Source of the DNA: Staphylococcus phage S-CoN_Ph3
Strand: one strand, 5' to 3'
Length of the DNA: 64,000 nucleotides
Sequence record: OR354826.1
The notes under the pieces are model-generated. The model saw only the letters and a list, made by a program, of their open reading frames with translations. It did not search any database and had not been told where the DNA came from. This document shows, piece by piece, positions 39,449-50,131 of the stretch. Each line of letters begins with the position of its first letter. Position 1 is the stretch's first letter. Position numbers and translations under genes: made by a program.

Positions 39449-39477
39449 ATTATATATTAATAAATAGAATTTGTCAA
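39449..39477 (-). promoter_or_regulatory. sigma-70-type promoter (TTGACA, 17-bp spacer, TATAAT)
   Basis: plus-strand TGTCAA 39472-39477, ATTATA 39449-39454. Confidence 0.5.
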
Positions 39478-39484
39478 CTATTTT

Positions 39485-39993
39485 CTATAAAAAATCTTCA
39501 TCTATTTCATCTGTAATTTCTTTATACGTTCTTTTGCTCTTAATGTTCCAAACTGTTTGATTAGATATATTATACTCTTTAGATATTTCCGACACTCCTC
39601 GTTCATCTAAATATATATCTATAACATCTAACCTTTCTACTCTTTTATATTTGTTATCTTTATTTTCTAAATGTGATGTTATATTGTTATAATGTATACC
39701 TTTTTTAATACGCCATACAGTTGTTCTATTTATATTATATTTCTTAGCAATATTATTAACAGATTCATTAGATTTAAAAATATTGATAACAGTTTGTTTA
39801 GATATTTTTGGTTCATAATTATATTTATTTCTAATAGGCTTTTTTAGACCTCCTGTTATTTTTATGTGTGATTTTCTATTCATTATATCACTAATATGCG
39901 GAATAGACACATTGTATTGTTTTGCTAACTCTTTTTGTGTTTTAGTGCTTGTATATATTTGTTTAACTTCTTCTTGTGTTAGTTTATTCATAA
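39485..39993 (-). CDS. DNA-binding protein with three tandem helix-turn-helix repeats
   Basis: three copies of motif (K/N)x(L/I)AK(Q/K)YN(V/I)S...(T/H)(V/I)(W/S) spaced about 50 aa; start set at MNKLTQEE with AGGGAGG RBS (ORF track 39485..40138). Confidence 0.4.
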
Positions 39994-40061
39994 TAAAAAC
40001 CTCCCTGTATGATATATTGTATAACAGGGAGATATAAATGTCAATATCCTTTTTAATGTTT

Positions 40062-40817
40062 TTATTTCCAATTAAAATTATCTGCAAATTGTGCAATCTT
40101 ACTTCTAAAGTTAGTTGTAAAGTGGTGGTATGCTGCACCTTGATAGTCTTCTGATTTAAAATAATTTACATAAGGCTCAAATCCCGATTTACTATTTTGT
40201 TTTAAATCAATCTGTCTATAGTTACCTTCAACAATACATTTAGAATTAGAATGTAATCTTGTTAAAACTTTCTTTAACTCAGAACGTTTGAAATTCTGTG
40301 CCTCATTTATAACTACTGTAACGTTTTTTAAATTTCCACCACGTAAGAATAGATGAGATATTTGAGAAACCCAACAATCTAATAACTTATTCTCTTCATG
40401 ATTTTCATCCATTAACAACATTTCCGTTATAACTTGTTCTGGAACCATATTTAATTCTGTAATAGCATCGTGCAATCCCATAAAGTATGCCATTTCTTTT
40501 TCTGTTTGATTTCCTGGTCTGCTACCTAAATCTTCTGAAACTGGTGCAATAATAAACACTAATTTCTTACCTTTGTTTAGCCAATCTGCATAAGCACATG
40601 CAACACTACACATGGTCTTCCCTGTACCTGCTGGACTTTCGTTAAACAAAATCTCTATATCATCATTAAAAAAGTCTTCACAAAATTGTAATTGTTCTTG
40701 TGTAGCCTTATTTAAAAAATCATCAAATACTGTATGTTCTAACATGTTGTATTGTACTAACGGAAAATTTTGTAATTTATATTTTAACTCTTTATCCATT
40801 TTTGCCAAAGTTATCAT
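40062..40817 (-). CDS. phoH: PhoH-family ATPase
   Basis: Walker A PAGTGKT, VINEAQNF Walker B region, overall PhoH-like layout. Confidence 0.65.
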   Translation of the reverse strand: MITLAKMDKELKYKLQNFPLVQYNMLEHTVFDDFLNKATQEQLQFCEDFFNDDIEILFNESPAGTGKTMCSVACAYADWLNKGKKLVFIIAPVSEDLGSRPGNQTEKEMAYFMGLHDAITELNMVPEQVITEMLLMDENHEENKLLDCWVSQISHLFLRGGNLKNVTVVINEAQNFKRSELKKVLTRLHSNSKCIVEGNYRQIDLKQNSKSGFEPYVNYFKSEDYQGAAYHHFTTNFRSKIAQFADNFNWK

Positions 40818-41348
40818 CCTTTATATATGTTCTCATAATAGTATACATTGAGAGCAATAGCGTCTGCTACGTCATCAAGTAACTTACCTCTTTCTGTGTA
40901 TATTTCTGGCATATCACTTGAAAAATAAGCCTTTAAAAATTCTGCTACTATTTCTTTTTTATTAAATTGTTTTAACTCTTCTTTTGTATAAAAACATTTA
41001 TTAATTAAATACTTTTTACAATATGCTTTTAATGTCGCATTATGAATATCTATAGCTTCACTGTTATTATTATATAAGTAATATTCAAGTATCGCATGTG
41101 AATATAGTACATTTTGCGCTGTTGCAGAACGTCCAACAAATGGCTCTTCTTTACATATAACATTTGGATTATAATTGTCTATTTTTGATATTATATCTGA
41201 TATATGTCTATCTATGCGTTCTATTGTATCTTTTTTCTTGTCTGAAACCATTAATTCACACAATAAAACATTGATTTTACTAGAACTGTATTCAGCGACA
41301 CAAATGCCTGTCTTAGCGAAATGAATAGTCTAAACTTACAACAATCAT
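40814..41348 (-). pseudogene. RuvC-like Holliday junction resolvase interrupted by an apparent +1 frameshift after codon 11
   Basis: strong RBS GGGAGGAG + ATG at 41348 gives MIVVSLDYSFR-stop; +1 frame continues AKTGICVAEYSS...DDVADAIALN (RuvC-like N- and C-terminal motifs); ORF track sees only the downstream 149-aa part. Confidence 0.45.
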
Positions 41349-41387
41349 GGTAGACTTCTCCTCCCTATCTATAATTTTCCAAAACTT

Positions 41388-41621
41388 TTATTTATAAAAC
41401 ACGTCATATCCTACAATAAATTTAGGAACTATTATTGAATACTCCTCTTCATTTCTATGTGGTATCTTAATAAGGTTATGTCTATTTTCCAAACCTTTTT
41501 CTATTTTGTCCAATACTTCTTTTAAAGGCGTACTAGTAAATTCATTAGTAATACATAGTATTCCACCATCTTTAAAATTTGCACAATCTGTTATTACAAT
41601 TATTGCTTTTATCTTATCCAT
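41388..41621 (-). CDS. hypothetical protein
   Basis: 77-aa ORF. Confidence 0.3.
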   Translation of the reverse strand: MDKIKAIIVITDCANFKDGGILCITNEFTSTPLKEVLDKIEKGLENRHNLIKIPHRNEEEYSIIVPKFIVGYDVFYK

Positions 41622-41638
41622 TATTACTTCTCCCCTTT

Positions 41639-41878
41639 TTATAAATCCTCATTATTTTTTATTTCCTTAAGCGTTGAATTTACTATAATTTCAGTATAAT
41701 TTTTTACTATAAAGATAGTATAAACAATAAATGTTACCAACCAAATATTAATATCTCCTTTAAATAACAAATTTACTAGCCACATAAAACCAAAAATAAA
41801 AAAGAATGATACGATTTGGTGGATTATTGTCACTACATAAGCAAATAATTTAATTACTTTAAATCTTGTATCTTCCAA
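41639..41878 (-). CDS. small membrane protein
   Basis: 79 aa, two TM helices. Confidence 0.3.
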   Translation of the reverse strand: MEDTRFKVIKLFAYVVTIIHQIVSFFFIFGFMWLVNLLFKGDINIWLVTFIVYTIFIVKNYTEIIVNSTLKEIKNNEDL

Positions 41879-41924
41879 TGTTATTTCTCCTTTTTAAAAA
41901 TTTAAAGGGGAAATATCCCCTTGT

Positions 41925-43032
41925 TTAAACTTTAATCGCATATTCATCTTGTTCTGCAATTGGCTCCATAATAATATATTCAATCTTTACGTCGTTGTTT
42001 ATTGTTTCCCAATCAGAAATTAAATCTTTTTTCAACTGGATTTCTGATAATCTATGTTCTGGATTTCTAATAATCAATCCATTATTCAATTCTTCTAATT
42101 TTGTATAATCTAATTCTAAAGAATCTACTTCTAAATCATAAAATTCTTTCCCAATCTTATCTGGTTTGGCACTAAAAGTAGCGTCAAAGACTTCTTTTTC
42201 ATCAAGCAAGTTTAAGTATACTTTATCAGTATATACCTTATCATCTCCTTTAGCCTTAGCTGTTAGGGTATATGATTGTCCTTCATCAGTGTTTATAATG
42301 TTTAAGTCTTGTAGAGCATTTTTTAGAGCTGTGCCTGTATTTAACTCAAAAGCAATCGCTCTCAAATAATCATAGTTTAATTTCATGCGTTTTGATAATA
42401 GCACAGCCTTATCAATTTGTTCTTTATATTTACTATCAACCTTATCTTCTAAATATTCTCTAACTTCTTGAGGGCTTGGATATGAAAAACGAAAATGATA
42501 ATGGAATCTTCCTGGTCTGTTAATCATAAATTCACTAAGTTTGTGAACATGATTAATTGTAATTGCATATAATTTTTTTAGTTGAATAACCGTCAAATAA
42601 ACTTAATAATTTATCTTGTTCACTAAACACCTTCTCAAACTCATCAAATAATACTAAACATTCTTGGTCAATACTATCTAAGAAATCTGACAAGTTTGGA
42701 GTTTCTTTATTTACAATTAAAACAGGATAACCTTCTTTAAGCGCCCTTTGTGATAATAGTTTAGTGAATAATGATTTTCCAATACCTTTATCTCCAGACA
42801 AGATAATTCCCATAGAGCGCTCAAATAATTTATAAGAATCCATAATTTTGTCAAGTTTATCGGTATTTTTACCATAAATTTTTTCAGTAATATCAAAATT
42901 GTCTACCTTAACTAGTGAATAACCACTCATTGGGTCAAAGTTTACTTTATAAGTTTGTAACGGTAATTCTTTATGGGTTTTAATTTCATCTGCAAAAATT
43001 TCAAATTGTTTTCCATGTTCAATAATGTTCAT
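41925..43032 (-). CDS. AAA+ ATPase, coding sequence split by a frameshift at an A7 run (about 42571-42580)
   Basis: upstream ORF has Walker A GDKGIGKS and Walker B LVLFDEFE; downstream overlapping ORF in +1 frame has sensor-1 TINH and the RPGRFHYHF box II motif. Confidence 0.5.
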
Positions 43033-43115
43033 AATAATTATTTTCTCCTTTTGGTTAATTAATTTCTATTACATATACATAATATCATGTACTTTATATG
43101 GTGTCAATACTTTTT

Positions 43116-43784
43116 TTACTCTTTTCTATAATTATTGTTTAAAGTATCTTCCACCCATTTTTTTGGCTCTTCTTCATATGAATTACTATAGTTGTCTCGA
43201 ATCTCTATAGCTCTCTCTTGGTTTAATACCCCTTTACTTCTTCTGACAACTTTTTCTCTCATGATTTTCACTATATATTTTCCGTTCTTATTTTTATAAA
43301 TACCTTTTAATTTTGAACTTCTTCTATTGTTAGCATTTTCATATGGCAATACCCATCTACAATTCTCTGGACTATAATCTCCATCATTATCTATTCTATC
43401 TAATTGGTGTTTATCAGTTGGTCTTTTACCTAAATCTTCAAAAAAGTTCTCAAAATTGTTCCATCTATTACAAACTTTAATTCCTCTTCCACCATAATTT
43501 TTATAATTTTTACTTTTTGGGGAGTTACATCTCCTTTTCATAGCTTCCCATATCTTATATTCTTTCGTTTCTGTCATCCCATGAGTTTTTCTATTTTCAG
43601 ATGTAACTTCTTTTGCATAACATCCACAAGAAGTAGTCCTACCATTTTTTACGCTAGACTTATCAGTATTTATCTTATTACCACATTCACATAAATAGTC
43701 ATACATTTGAGTGCCCCATTTATTTCTACCATTCTTCTTCTCTACTATTAGTCTACCAAACTTCTTTCCTATAAAATCATCCAT
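43116..43784 (-). CDS. free-standing HNH endonuclease (paralog of 31579..32061)
   Basis: shares Cys-rich segment and [19 protein letters not shown] motif with the other copy; stop/start overlap with DHH gene. Confidence 0.6.
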   Translation of the reverse strand: MDDFIGKKFGRLIVEKKNGRNKWGTQMYDYLCECGNKINTDKSSVKNGRTTSCGCYAKEVTSENRKTHGMTETKEYKIWEAMKRRCNSPKSKNYKNYGGRGIKVCNRWNNFENFFEDLGKRPTDKHQLDRIDNDGDYSPENCRWVLPYENANNRRSSKLKGIYKNKNGKYIVKIMREKVVRRSKGVLNQERAIEIRDNYSNSYEEEPKKWVEDTLNNNYRKE

Positions 43785-45520
43785 TAAAAATCAATCCCCC
43801 ACATTCCTAGCTCATCATCTTTTTCAACTTCTAATATTTCATAATCTTTAATCACAATCTGTGACTGTTCTTTATTACCAAATTTATTTATACGTGGCTC
43901 GCCCACAATGTTCATTGTAATCTTATTGTTTACAATATTATTATCAATTTCTTCTTTAATATCATCTGGGGCATTGAATAAAACAAAAGTTACATTATCA
44001 TCAAAGAATGATAGTACACTACCACGCTTATTAATACATCTTTTATTAAACTCAATCTCTTCATATCCAAATAAAGGATAAACAACATTTCCTCCTAGTA
44101 CATCTTTTTCTAATTCCACTCTAATAATATCTTGTTCATTAGGCTTATGAGTTAATACATCAACCTCATATACGTTAGATGTTTTAAACTTATATTCTTC
44201 TATATATTCATAGAGACTATCTAAATATCCTTTTGGAATACTAAAACCAGCTGCTTGACTATGACCTTGTACAAAATAAAACAGTTCACTTTTTGTTAGA
44301 ATAGATTTAAAGTCAATATTTTGTGCCCTTATAGAACCAGAAAAATAATCATTTTTAAACTTACCAACCATTACTGGTTTTCTATGTTTGTCTGCTAATT
44401 TCATAGCAACCAAACCATTAATAGATGATGGGGAATTGTCGTCAGATACAGCTACAATAATCTTTTCATTATATAAAAACTCAATATTCTTAATAGCGTC
44501 TTTAACAATTTTATCTTGTTTAGTTTTAATACTTTCACATTGTTTTGCTACAATTTCTGGCAATGTCATTTCTGTAGGAATCTTATCAAATTTACCAGTT
44601 TTTTTGTTTTTCTTTCTAATCTCAATTGTTTCAGTTTCTTCTGAATCTGTAATCATAGCCTCAAACAATCTTTGTTTTTCTTCTAATGTTCCAATACGAG
44701 TAACAGCGTTAATCATTGATATAATACTAAAAGACCAGTCTCTTGTTGTTGGATTATCAATGCCTTTACGTTCCATTACTGATTTGATAAATGGATTGTT
44801 TATGTTTCTTACTCCTGTATATGTTAAATATCTAATTTCTGGGTCAGCAATGTTACTAACATCTCCAGTCTGTCCTAGAGTAACTAAGTCTAAATATTTA
44901 TCAACTAAATCTTTAGAATATATTTTATTATTAAACCTAAAACGGTACAACGCACATTTACAAAACAAATAAACCATACCTACACCAGTAAAATTTTTAT
45001 TAATATCAGAAATAATTTGGTTGTTGAAAACATTTTTGTGAACACTTTTAACATTGATTTCGTGGTGGTCTAATACTAATGTTTCAATATTATATGAATT
45101 AAGCTCTTCTAATTGTTTTGTGTCGTTTGAAGCGGCGTCTGGTATTATTACTAATGTAGAATCATTGCTCATATTCTTTAATTCTGTCATTACTTCGGTG
45201 GTTAAGCCATGTGTTTTACCATCTGGAATAATATAAGTAATATTATCGTATTCTAAATCATTTTTAATAAATCTATATAACAACGCTGAAGCTGAAAAAC
45301 CATCCATATCTTGGTCAATTAAAATTATAATATTTTTGTTTTCTTCTAAAGCATTGTGTAATATATTTGTTGATTGAGAAAATTCTTCTGGAATATCTTT
45401 CATAATAGTCAACATTCTTTTGTCTGGGTTTTTATGATATTCTAAATCACTAACTCCACCTCTAAGCAAAATATCATCTATTAAATCTCCAGTAATACTT
45501 TCCTTTAATTCAAACTCCAT
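43784..45520 (-). CDS. DHH-family phosphoesterase (RecJ-like nuclease candidate)
   Basis: motif [17 protein letters not shown] and DHH motif LVLDHHEIN. Confidence 0.55.
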   Translation of the reverse strand: MEFELKESITGDLIDDILLRGGVSDLEYHKNPDKRMLTIMKDIPEEFSQSTNILHNALEENKNIIILIDQDMDGFSASALLYRFIKNDLEYDNITYIIPDGKTHGLTTEVMTELKNMSNDSTLVIIPDAASNDTKQLEELNSYNIETLVLDHHEINVKSVHKNVFNNQIISDINKNFTGVGMVYLFCKCALYRFRFNNKIYSKDLVDKYLDLVTLGQTGDVSNIADPEIRYLTYTGVRNINNPFIKSVMERKGIDNPTTRDWSFSIISMINAVTRIGTLEEKQRLFEAMITDSEETETIEIRKKNKKTGKFDKIPTEMTLPEIVAKQCESIKTKQDKIVKDAIKNIEFLYNEKIIVAVSDDNSPSSINGLVAMKLADKHRKPVMVGKFKNDYFSGSIRAQNIDFKSILTKSELFYFVQGHSQAAGFSIPKGYLDSLYEYIEEYKFKTSNVYEVDVLTHKPNEQDIIRVELEKDVLGGNVVYPLFGYEEIEFNKRCINKRGSVLSFFDDNVTFVLFNAPDDIKEEIDNNIVNNKITMNIVGEPRINKFGNKEQSQIVIKDYEILEVEKDDELGMWGIDF

Positions 45521-45531
45521 ACAACCTCTCC

Positions 45532-45993
45532 TTATCTTATATTATTGTTTTCCCATAAATCCATAGCTCTATTCACTTCAAAATCAGCTATTTCATTTAA
45601 TTTATTACCGTCATGTCCTTTAACTTTGACATATTTAACGTTCAGTTCTTTGTCTAATTCAATTAATTCCTGCCACAATTCTTTATTTTTAACTAGGTCT
45701 CCTTTTGAGTTTGTCCATTTGTTTAATATCCATTTATCATACCATTTTTGGTTCATTCCATTCACACAGTATGCGCTATCTGAAAATATTTCAACTTTCA
45801 CTTCTATTTCTAAGTAATTGTTTTTACAAAATTTCAAAGCCTCTATAATTGCTTTCAATTCCATTCTTTGATTTGTTGTGTTAATTTCTGTGTCAAAACT
45901 TATTTGTATTGTATCATTATTAACAACAAACGCCCAAGCTCCAATTTTCGTTGAAGACCTATAACCACCGTCCGTAAAAATTTCTATAACCAT
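45532..45993 (-). CDS. rnhA: ribonuclease H (RNase HI type)
   Basis: IFTDGG...TNQRMELKA...FSDSAYCVNG...VKGHDGN..NEIADFE catalytic DEDD layout. Confidence 0.75.
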   Translation of the reverse strand: MVIEIFTDGGYRSSTKIGAWAFVVNNDTIQISFDTEINTTNQRMELKAIIEALKFCKNNYLEIEVKVEIFSDSAYCVNGMNQKWYDKWILNKWTNSKGDLVKNKELWQELIELDKELNVKYVKVKGHDGNKLNEIADFEVNRAMDLWENNNIR

Positions 45994-46007
45994 ATATAAT
46001 TTCTCCT

Positions 46008-47075
46008 TTATCTTATTAATGATATTCTATCTCTAAACAATTTTAACCATATATCTTTTCCTTTGTCTGTAGGACTATCTTTTAAATCTAGTAAATTGTT
46101 TTTATCCCATATTACACTAACTGAAAAATATGGTTTCAATTTATTGGCTATTGTTTTTTCAACTTTTTCTGCATAATATTTTTCCAATGTATCTCCTATA
46201 TTTTCAAATTCCTTATCAACAGCAATAATAACTTCTTCAATTGGTAAATTCTTTATTAAATTTAATTGTCTATCACTAAAAGCACTACCAGACATACATA
46301 CACCTATACCATGCCCATTATAAAAACTATCTAATTGTAATACAGATTTCTCAGATTCAAATAAAACAAGTTTTTTTGTAGACATTATATTGTCCATGTT
46401 TTCATATAAACCATATAAAGTAGCTCCCGTAGGGTGGTTAAGAAAAACATTTTTTTGTTTTACAGGTGTGTACTTTAATCCTTTATCCACAAGCAATGGG
46501 TCAAGATTTCTTGCCCTTACACCAACAATATATCCATCTTCATTTCTATGTGGTATTATTATTTGTTTATTTTCTATAGACATTTTAATATCAAACTTTT
46601 TCATTGTGCTAGGCATGATTCCTTCTTTTACCCAAGATATATGATATTTGTCGTCGTATCTATTCAAAACACTGTCAGATAAGGTTTTTAATGGTTCATA
46701 ATGAATTACTTTATTAAATTTATTAAAGAAAGACAAGTCTATTATATCATCATAGTTGTACTCTGTCAATTCATTTTCATAACCAAAATAGTCTTTAATA
46801 TATTTAAATGCTTCTGAAAATTCAATGTTTCTTAATTTTTGGATTAATTCAAATATATCCATAGAACCACAATTAGTGTAACAATGTATCATTTTAGTAT
46901 CATCATAATAATACATTTTATGTGAATGACCATTATGACAAATCGTACGTGCTATTATTTGACCATTTTGTTCATAAGGTTCAGCACCTAACTGTGTTAG
47001 GAGGGTTATTATATCATTAGGACTAAGCTGTTCCTTTAGGCTTTGAGCATCCAAAACAATCCCCCTAAAAATCAA
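46008..47075 (-). CDS. DNA primase (DnaG-like zinc-binding and TOPRIM regions)
   Basis: zinc ribbon CHNGHSHK...CYTNCG; TOPRIM-like LVLFESEKSVLQLD. Confidence 0.5.
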   Translation of the reverse strand: MIFRGIVLDAQSLKEQLSPNDIITLLTQLGAEPYEQNGQIIARTICHNGHSHKMYYYDDTKMIHCYTNCGSMDIFELIQKLRNIEFSEAFKYIKDYFGYENELTEYNYDDIIDLSFFNKFNKVIHYEPLKTLSDSVLNRYDDKYHISWVKEGIMPSTMKKFDIKMSIENKQIIIPHRNEDGYIVGVRARNLDPLLVDKGLKYTPVKQKNVFLNHPTGATLYGLYENMDNIMSTKKLVLFESEKSVLQLDSFYNGHGIGVCMSGSAFSDRQLNLIKNLPIEEVIIAVDKEFENIGDTLEKYYAEKVEKTIANKLKPYFSVSVIWDKNNLLDLKDSPTDKGKDIWLKLFRDRISLIR

Positions 47076-48234
47076 TATCGCTATTATCGTTACTTCTGTC
47101 TACAACGTCCCCAAAAACGCCATCCTTAGAATAATATTCTTCTCGTTTAAAATCTTTTTCAGTTTTTCCTTCTGTAAATTCATATTGTAAATCTGTAATA
47201 TCTTCAATAATGTTATAGTCATAATCTGTTGCAAATAAACATTCTTCTCTGATTGTTGACTTGTCTAAATGTGTAAAAAGAATAACTTCTGGTATACCGT
47301 CACGGTTTTTATATAAGAATCTTAACATATTTGGCTCTTTTCCAAATCCGTTTTCTTCAACAATGTCTTTTACATTTTCTAAATCACGTTCTCTTGCTTT
47401 GTGTAAAATCATACCATAGTCAACCTTATCTGCTACAGCTGAACTACCACGTAAAGCATTACTGTTCATTTCAGCATCTTTACCTACACCACTTCTATTT
47501 AGTTGTGTAGCAGATTGCATAGCAATATTGTATTTTTCTGCAATAGCTCTAAGACTGTCAGATAAATATAATAGGACTTGGTCTTCACGTTGAACAGAGC
47601 CATACAACTCATTAATGCTTCTTTGTAATGAGCTTCTATTTTGGATATAGTCAAACGCAACATATTGAACATCGTGGTCTAAAATATGTCTTTCTATAGT
47701 ATCTTCCATATCACTAATTGTAAAGTTAGGCATATGGACTAAGTATAAAGGACTTTCTTCTAATATGTTACCAGCTTGTTCCAATAGCTTTCTCTGTTCC
47801 ATATTGAATAACCCGTTTTTTATTACTTTTCTACTAATACCAGTTAAATAACTTAATGCCATATAGTTAAGGTCTGCTTCATCTAATTCAGTAGAAATAA
47901 ATAAACTAGGAATTGATACACCATGACTAACCCATTCTCCATTTAAGTAAATCTTATCAACTGCAACGTCTATCATATCTCTAATTTGTAATGATGATTT
48001 CATAGAACCTGTGCTACCAGAACGTAAAAGCAATTTACCTTTTTTCAGTCCACCAAATGAACTATTTTCAAAACCACAAGCTGTAGGATAACCAAACCCC
48101 ATACCTTCTCTCGTTTCATCAAGTAATTGGCTAATATTTTGACCTGCTTTAAAACTTTTAATATCAGTTTCAATGTTGAAGTCATCTTTTACTCTAAGAT
48201 TCTTTAAAGTAAAATGCTCAAAAATATCTTTCAT
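47065..48234 (-). CDS. DnaB-family replicative helicase, C-terminal ATPase domain
   Basis: TACGFENSSFGGLKKGKLLLRSGSTGSMKSS (DnaB linker/Walker A region), VAFDYIQN (H3 motif). Confidence 0.55.
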   Translation of the reverse strand: MKDIFEHFTLKNLRVKDDFNIETDIKSFKAGQNISQLLDETREGMGFGYPTACGFENSSFGGLKKGKLLLRSGSTGSMKSSLQIRDMIDVAVDKIYLNGEWVSHGVSIPSLFISTELDEADLNYMALSYLTGISRKVIKNGLFNMEQRKLLEQAGNILEESPLYLVHMPNFTISDMEDTIERHILDHDVQYVAFDYIQNRSSLQRSINELYGSVQREDQVLLYLSDSLRAIAEKYNIAMQSATQLNRSGVGKDAEMNSNALRGSSAVADKVDYGMILHKARERDLENVKDIVEENGFGKEPNMLRFLYKNRDGIPEVILFTHLDKSTIREECLFATDYDYNIIEDITDLQYEFTEGKTEKDFKREEYYSKDGVFGDVVDRSNDNSDIDF

Positions 48235-48701
48235 ATCTTTTTTCTTAATTCTTTTATTGATTTCTCTCTAGCTAAAAAGTCCTCAGATTCCCAATCATAT
48301 AAATCGGACACATCAAATCCTTCTAATACATAAGCTCTCAATATAGACATTTTTTTTAATAGGTCATATGATTGCCAAAATGTCTCTTTGTTGGCGTGTT
48401 CTAAACAGTTTTGAATATAATCATATCCTTTTTGTTCGTTCCATACTTTATATTGTGTGGGATATGAACTTAAATAGTTATCAATGTCTATTGCTGTAAT
48501 ATTTGTTACTCTATCCCCACTAGCATTGAATACAATGTTATTTATAGCTTTAAACACAATTCTGTGTAATGATTGCATAAAATCTTCTGGCTTTAATTGA
48601 CAGTCATTGTGTCTTAATAATTCCGTATCTTGACATATTGAACCAATTACAGTATACACACTTCTAACTGGATTTAAATTAGATAAATTTCTATTTTCCA
48701 T
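48231..48701 (-). CDS. DnaB-helicase N-terminal-domain protein (separate ORF, ATGA overlap with ATPase-domain ORF)
   Basis: sequence pattern of DnaB N-terminal domain (LKPEDFMQSLHRIVFKAI...); stop overlaps start of 47065..48234. Confidence 0.45.
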   Translation of the reverse strand: MENRNLSNLNPVRSVYTVIGSICQDTELLRHNDCQLKPEDFMQSLHRIVFKAINNIVFNASGDRVTNITAIDIDNYLSSYPTQYKVWNEQKGYDYIQNCLEHANKETFWQSYDLLKKMSILRAYVLEGFDVSDLYDWESEDFLAREKSIKELRKKI

Positions 48702-49102
48702 TATTCATTCTCCTTATCAACATCTCTTAATGTTTGTATCATATCAACAATAATATAAGGTTCTTTTGACAAAGCATCCTCACTTGTTTTCTTTATATTA
48801 AATTCTTTATATAGTTCTTTTTCTCTTTGTTTATTACTCTTTTTCTTATTTTGTTCTTGTTGTACCCATAAAACAAAACTTCCTGCTGTATTATTTTTTA
48901 TATCATTTAAAAAATCAGAAATATTATCCCAATCACTGATATTGTCTAAAATATCACGTTCATATTGTTTATAAACTAATCTTGTTAATATATATTTGTC
49001 ATCTGTAACAAAATAGGCTACTATTTTTTTATTATTATATTTAAATTTTACTTTCTTATCATGTAATAGTTTTCCATATTCTTCCATTTTATAATCATTC
49101 AT
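48701..49102 (-). CDS. hypothetical protein
   Basis: 133-aa ORF. Confidence 0.3.
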   Translation of the reverse strand: MNDYKMEEYGKLLHDKKVKFKYNNKKIVAYFVTDDKYILTRLVYKQYERDILDNISDWDNISDFLNDIKNNTAGSFVLWVQQEQNKKKSNKQREKELYKEFNIKKTSEDALSKEPYIIVDMIQTLRDVDKENE

Positions 49103-49104
49103 AT

Positions 49105-49587
49105 TTATTCCTCCATGTCATATAACATATTATTTTTATATTTGTTTTTATTAAAAAGCTCGCTATTTACTGTTATAGTTTCTTTTTTATTCTCTTTTCC
49201 TTTATTGTTGTTTTTATTTTCTTTTCGTTGTTTTATATAATCAATAAATTCTTTGTATGAGTTTTGATATAATGTTAACCCATATTTCATATCATATTTA
49301 CGTTTTTCGATATTAATAGTGAATTTTATAAGAGCTTCTATCCTTTTGTAACTCCAACCATTACTATTGTGCATTTCTTTTGCATGTTTTTTCATTAAAG
49401 GTGTTACAAAACCATATTCATTAGTTAAGTATTTATACAAACTTTCTTGTTCTTCTTTTTCTTTAATGACTATTTCGTAACACTCTGGACAATAATTCTT
49501 TCCAGATATTTTTTTCATGTTTTCTTTTTCATGTTTAATTCCATATGGTTCACAATAAGGACCATAACATTTTACTTTACGTGACAT
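49105..49587 (-). CDS. hypothetical zinc-ribbon protein
   Basis: CYGPYC...CPEC motif; promoter TTGACA/TATAAT about 49619-49648 upstream. Confidence 0.3.
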   Translation of the reverse strand: MSRKVKCYGPYCEPYGIKHEKENMKKISGKNYCPECYEIVIKEKEEQESLYKYLTNEYGFVTPLMKKHAKEMHNSNGWSYKRIEALIKFTINIEKRKYDMKYGLTLYQNSYKEFIDYIKQRKENKNNNKGKENKKETITVNSELFNKNKYKNNMLYDMEE

Positions 49588-49677
49588 GTTCTCACTTCCC
49601 TATACAATGTATGTATATATTATATCATAAGACTATGTCTTTTGTCAATAAAAATAAGACTAGAATTAAATCTAGTC

Positions 49678-49890
49678 TTACAATCTAAAACTACTTAACA
49701 GTAATTCTATAAGAAAAACAACTCCTACACAAGCCCAAAAACTAACATATTTACCTGTAAACGCACCAATTACTCCCCATAATACCCATGCAGGAATAAA
49801 AATCGCTAACCCAATAATTAATAAAGCGACAATAACAATAAGTAAAATAGTTCCAATTGCTTTTAATAATTCCATTCTAAATATCTCCAT
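49678..49890 (-). CDS. small membrane protein
   Basis: 70 aa, two TM helices. Confidence 0.3.
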   Translation of the reverse strand: MEIFRMELLKAIGTILLIVIVALLIIGLAIFIPAWVLWGVIGAFTGKYVSFWACVGVVFLIELLLSSFRL

Positions 49891-50131
49891 TTCCTCGTTT
49901 TTCTACTACTTCCTGTTCTAATCTACTGATAGCTTCTCTTATTTTATTAATATCTGTTTCATCCTTTATTCTTCTGTGAATCTCTAAAGCAATATCTGCA
50001 CGTTCTAACTTTTCATAATTACTTATATTTCTATTTTCAAATATTTTCTGAATAGTATAACATGCAAAAGAATCACACATCTTTTTAGTAGAATTTAAAA
50101 TATCTTTTTGATTAACATATAAATTATCCAT
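49877..50131 (-). CDS. hypothetical protein
   Basis: 84-aa ORF. Confidence 0.3.
   Translation of the reverse strand: MDNLYVNQKDILNSTKKMCDSFACYTIQKIFENRNISNYEKLERADIALEIHRRIKDETDINKIREAISRLEQEVVEKRGNGDI

Noticed and set aside
39994-40138. 49-aa N-terminal extension of the triple-HTH gene in the ORF track
   Set aside because: The extension overlaps a consensus promoter. It lacks an RBS. The internal ATG has the AGGGAGG RBS.
44388-44972. 194-aa plus-strand ORF inside the DHH phosphoesterase gene
   Set aside because: Antisense to a motif-supported gene. The product is hydrophobic and low-complexity, typical of AT-rich reverse frames.
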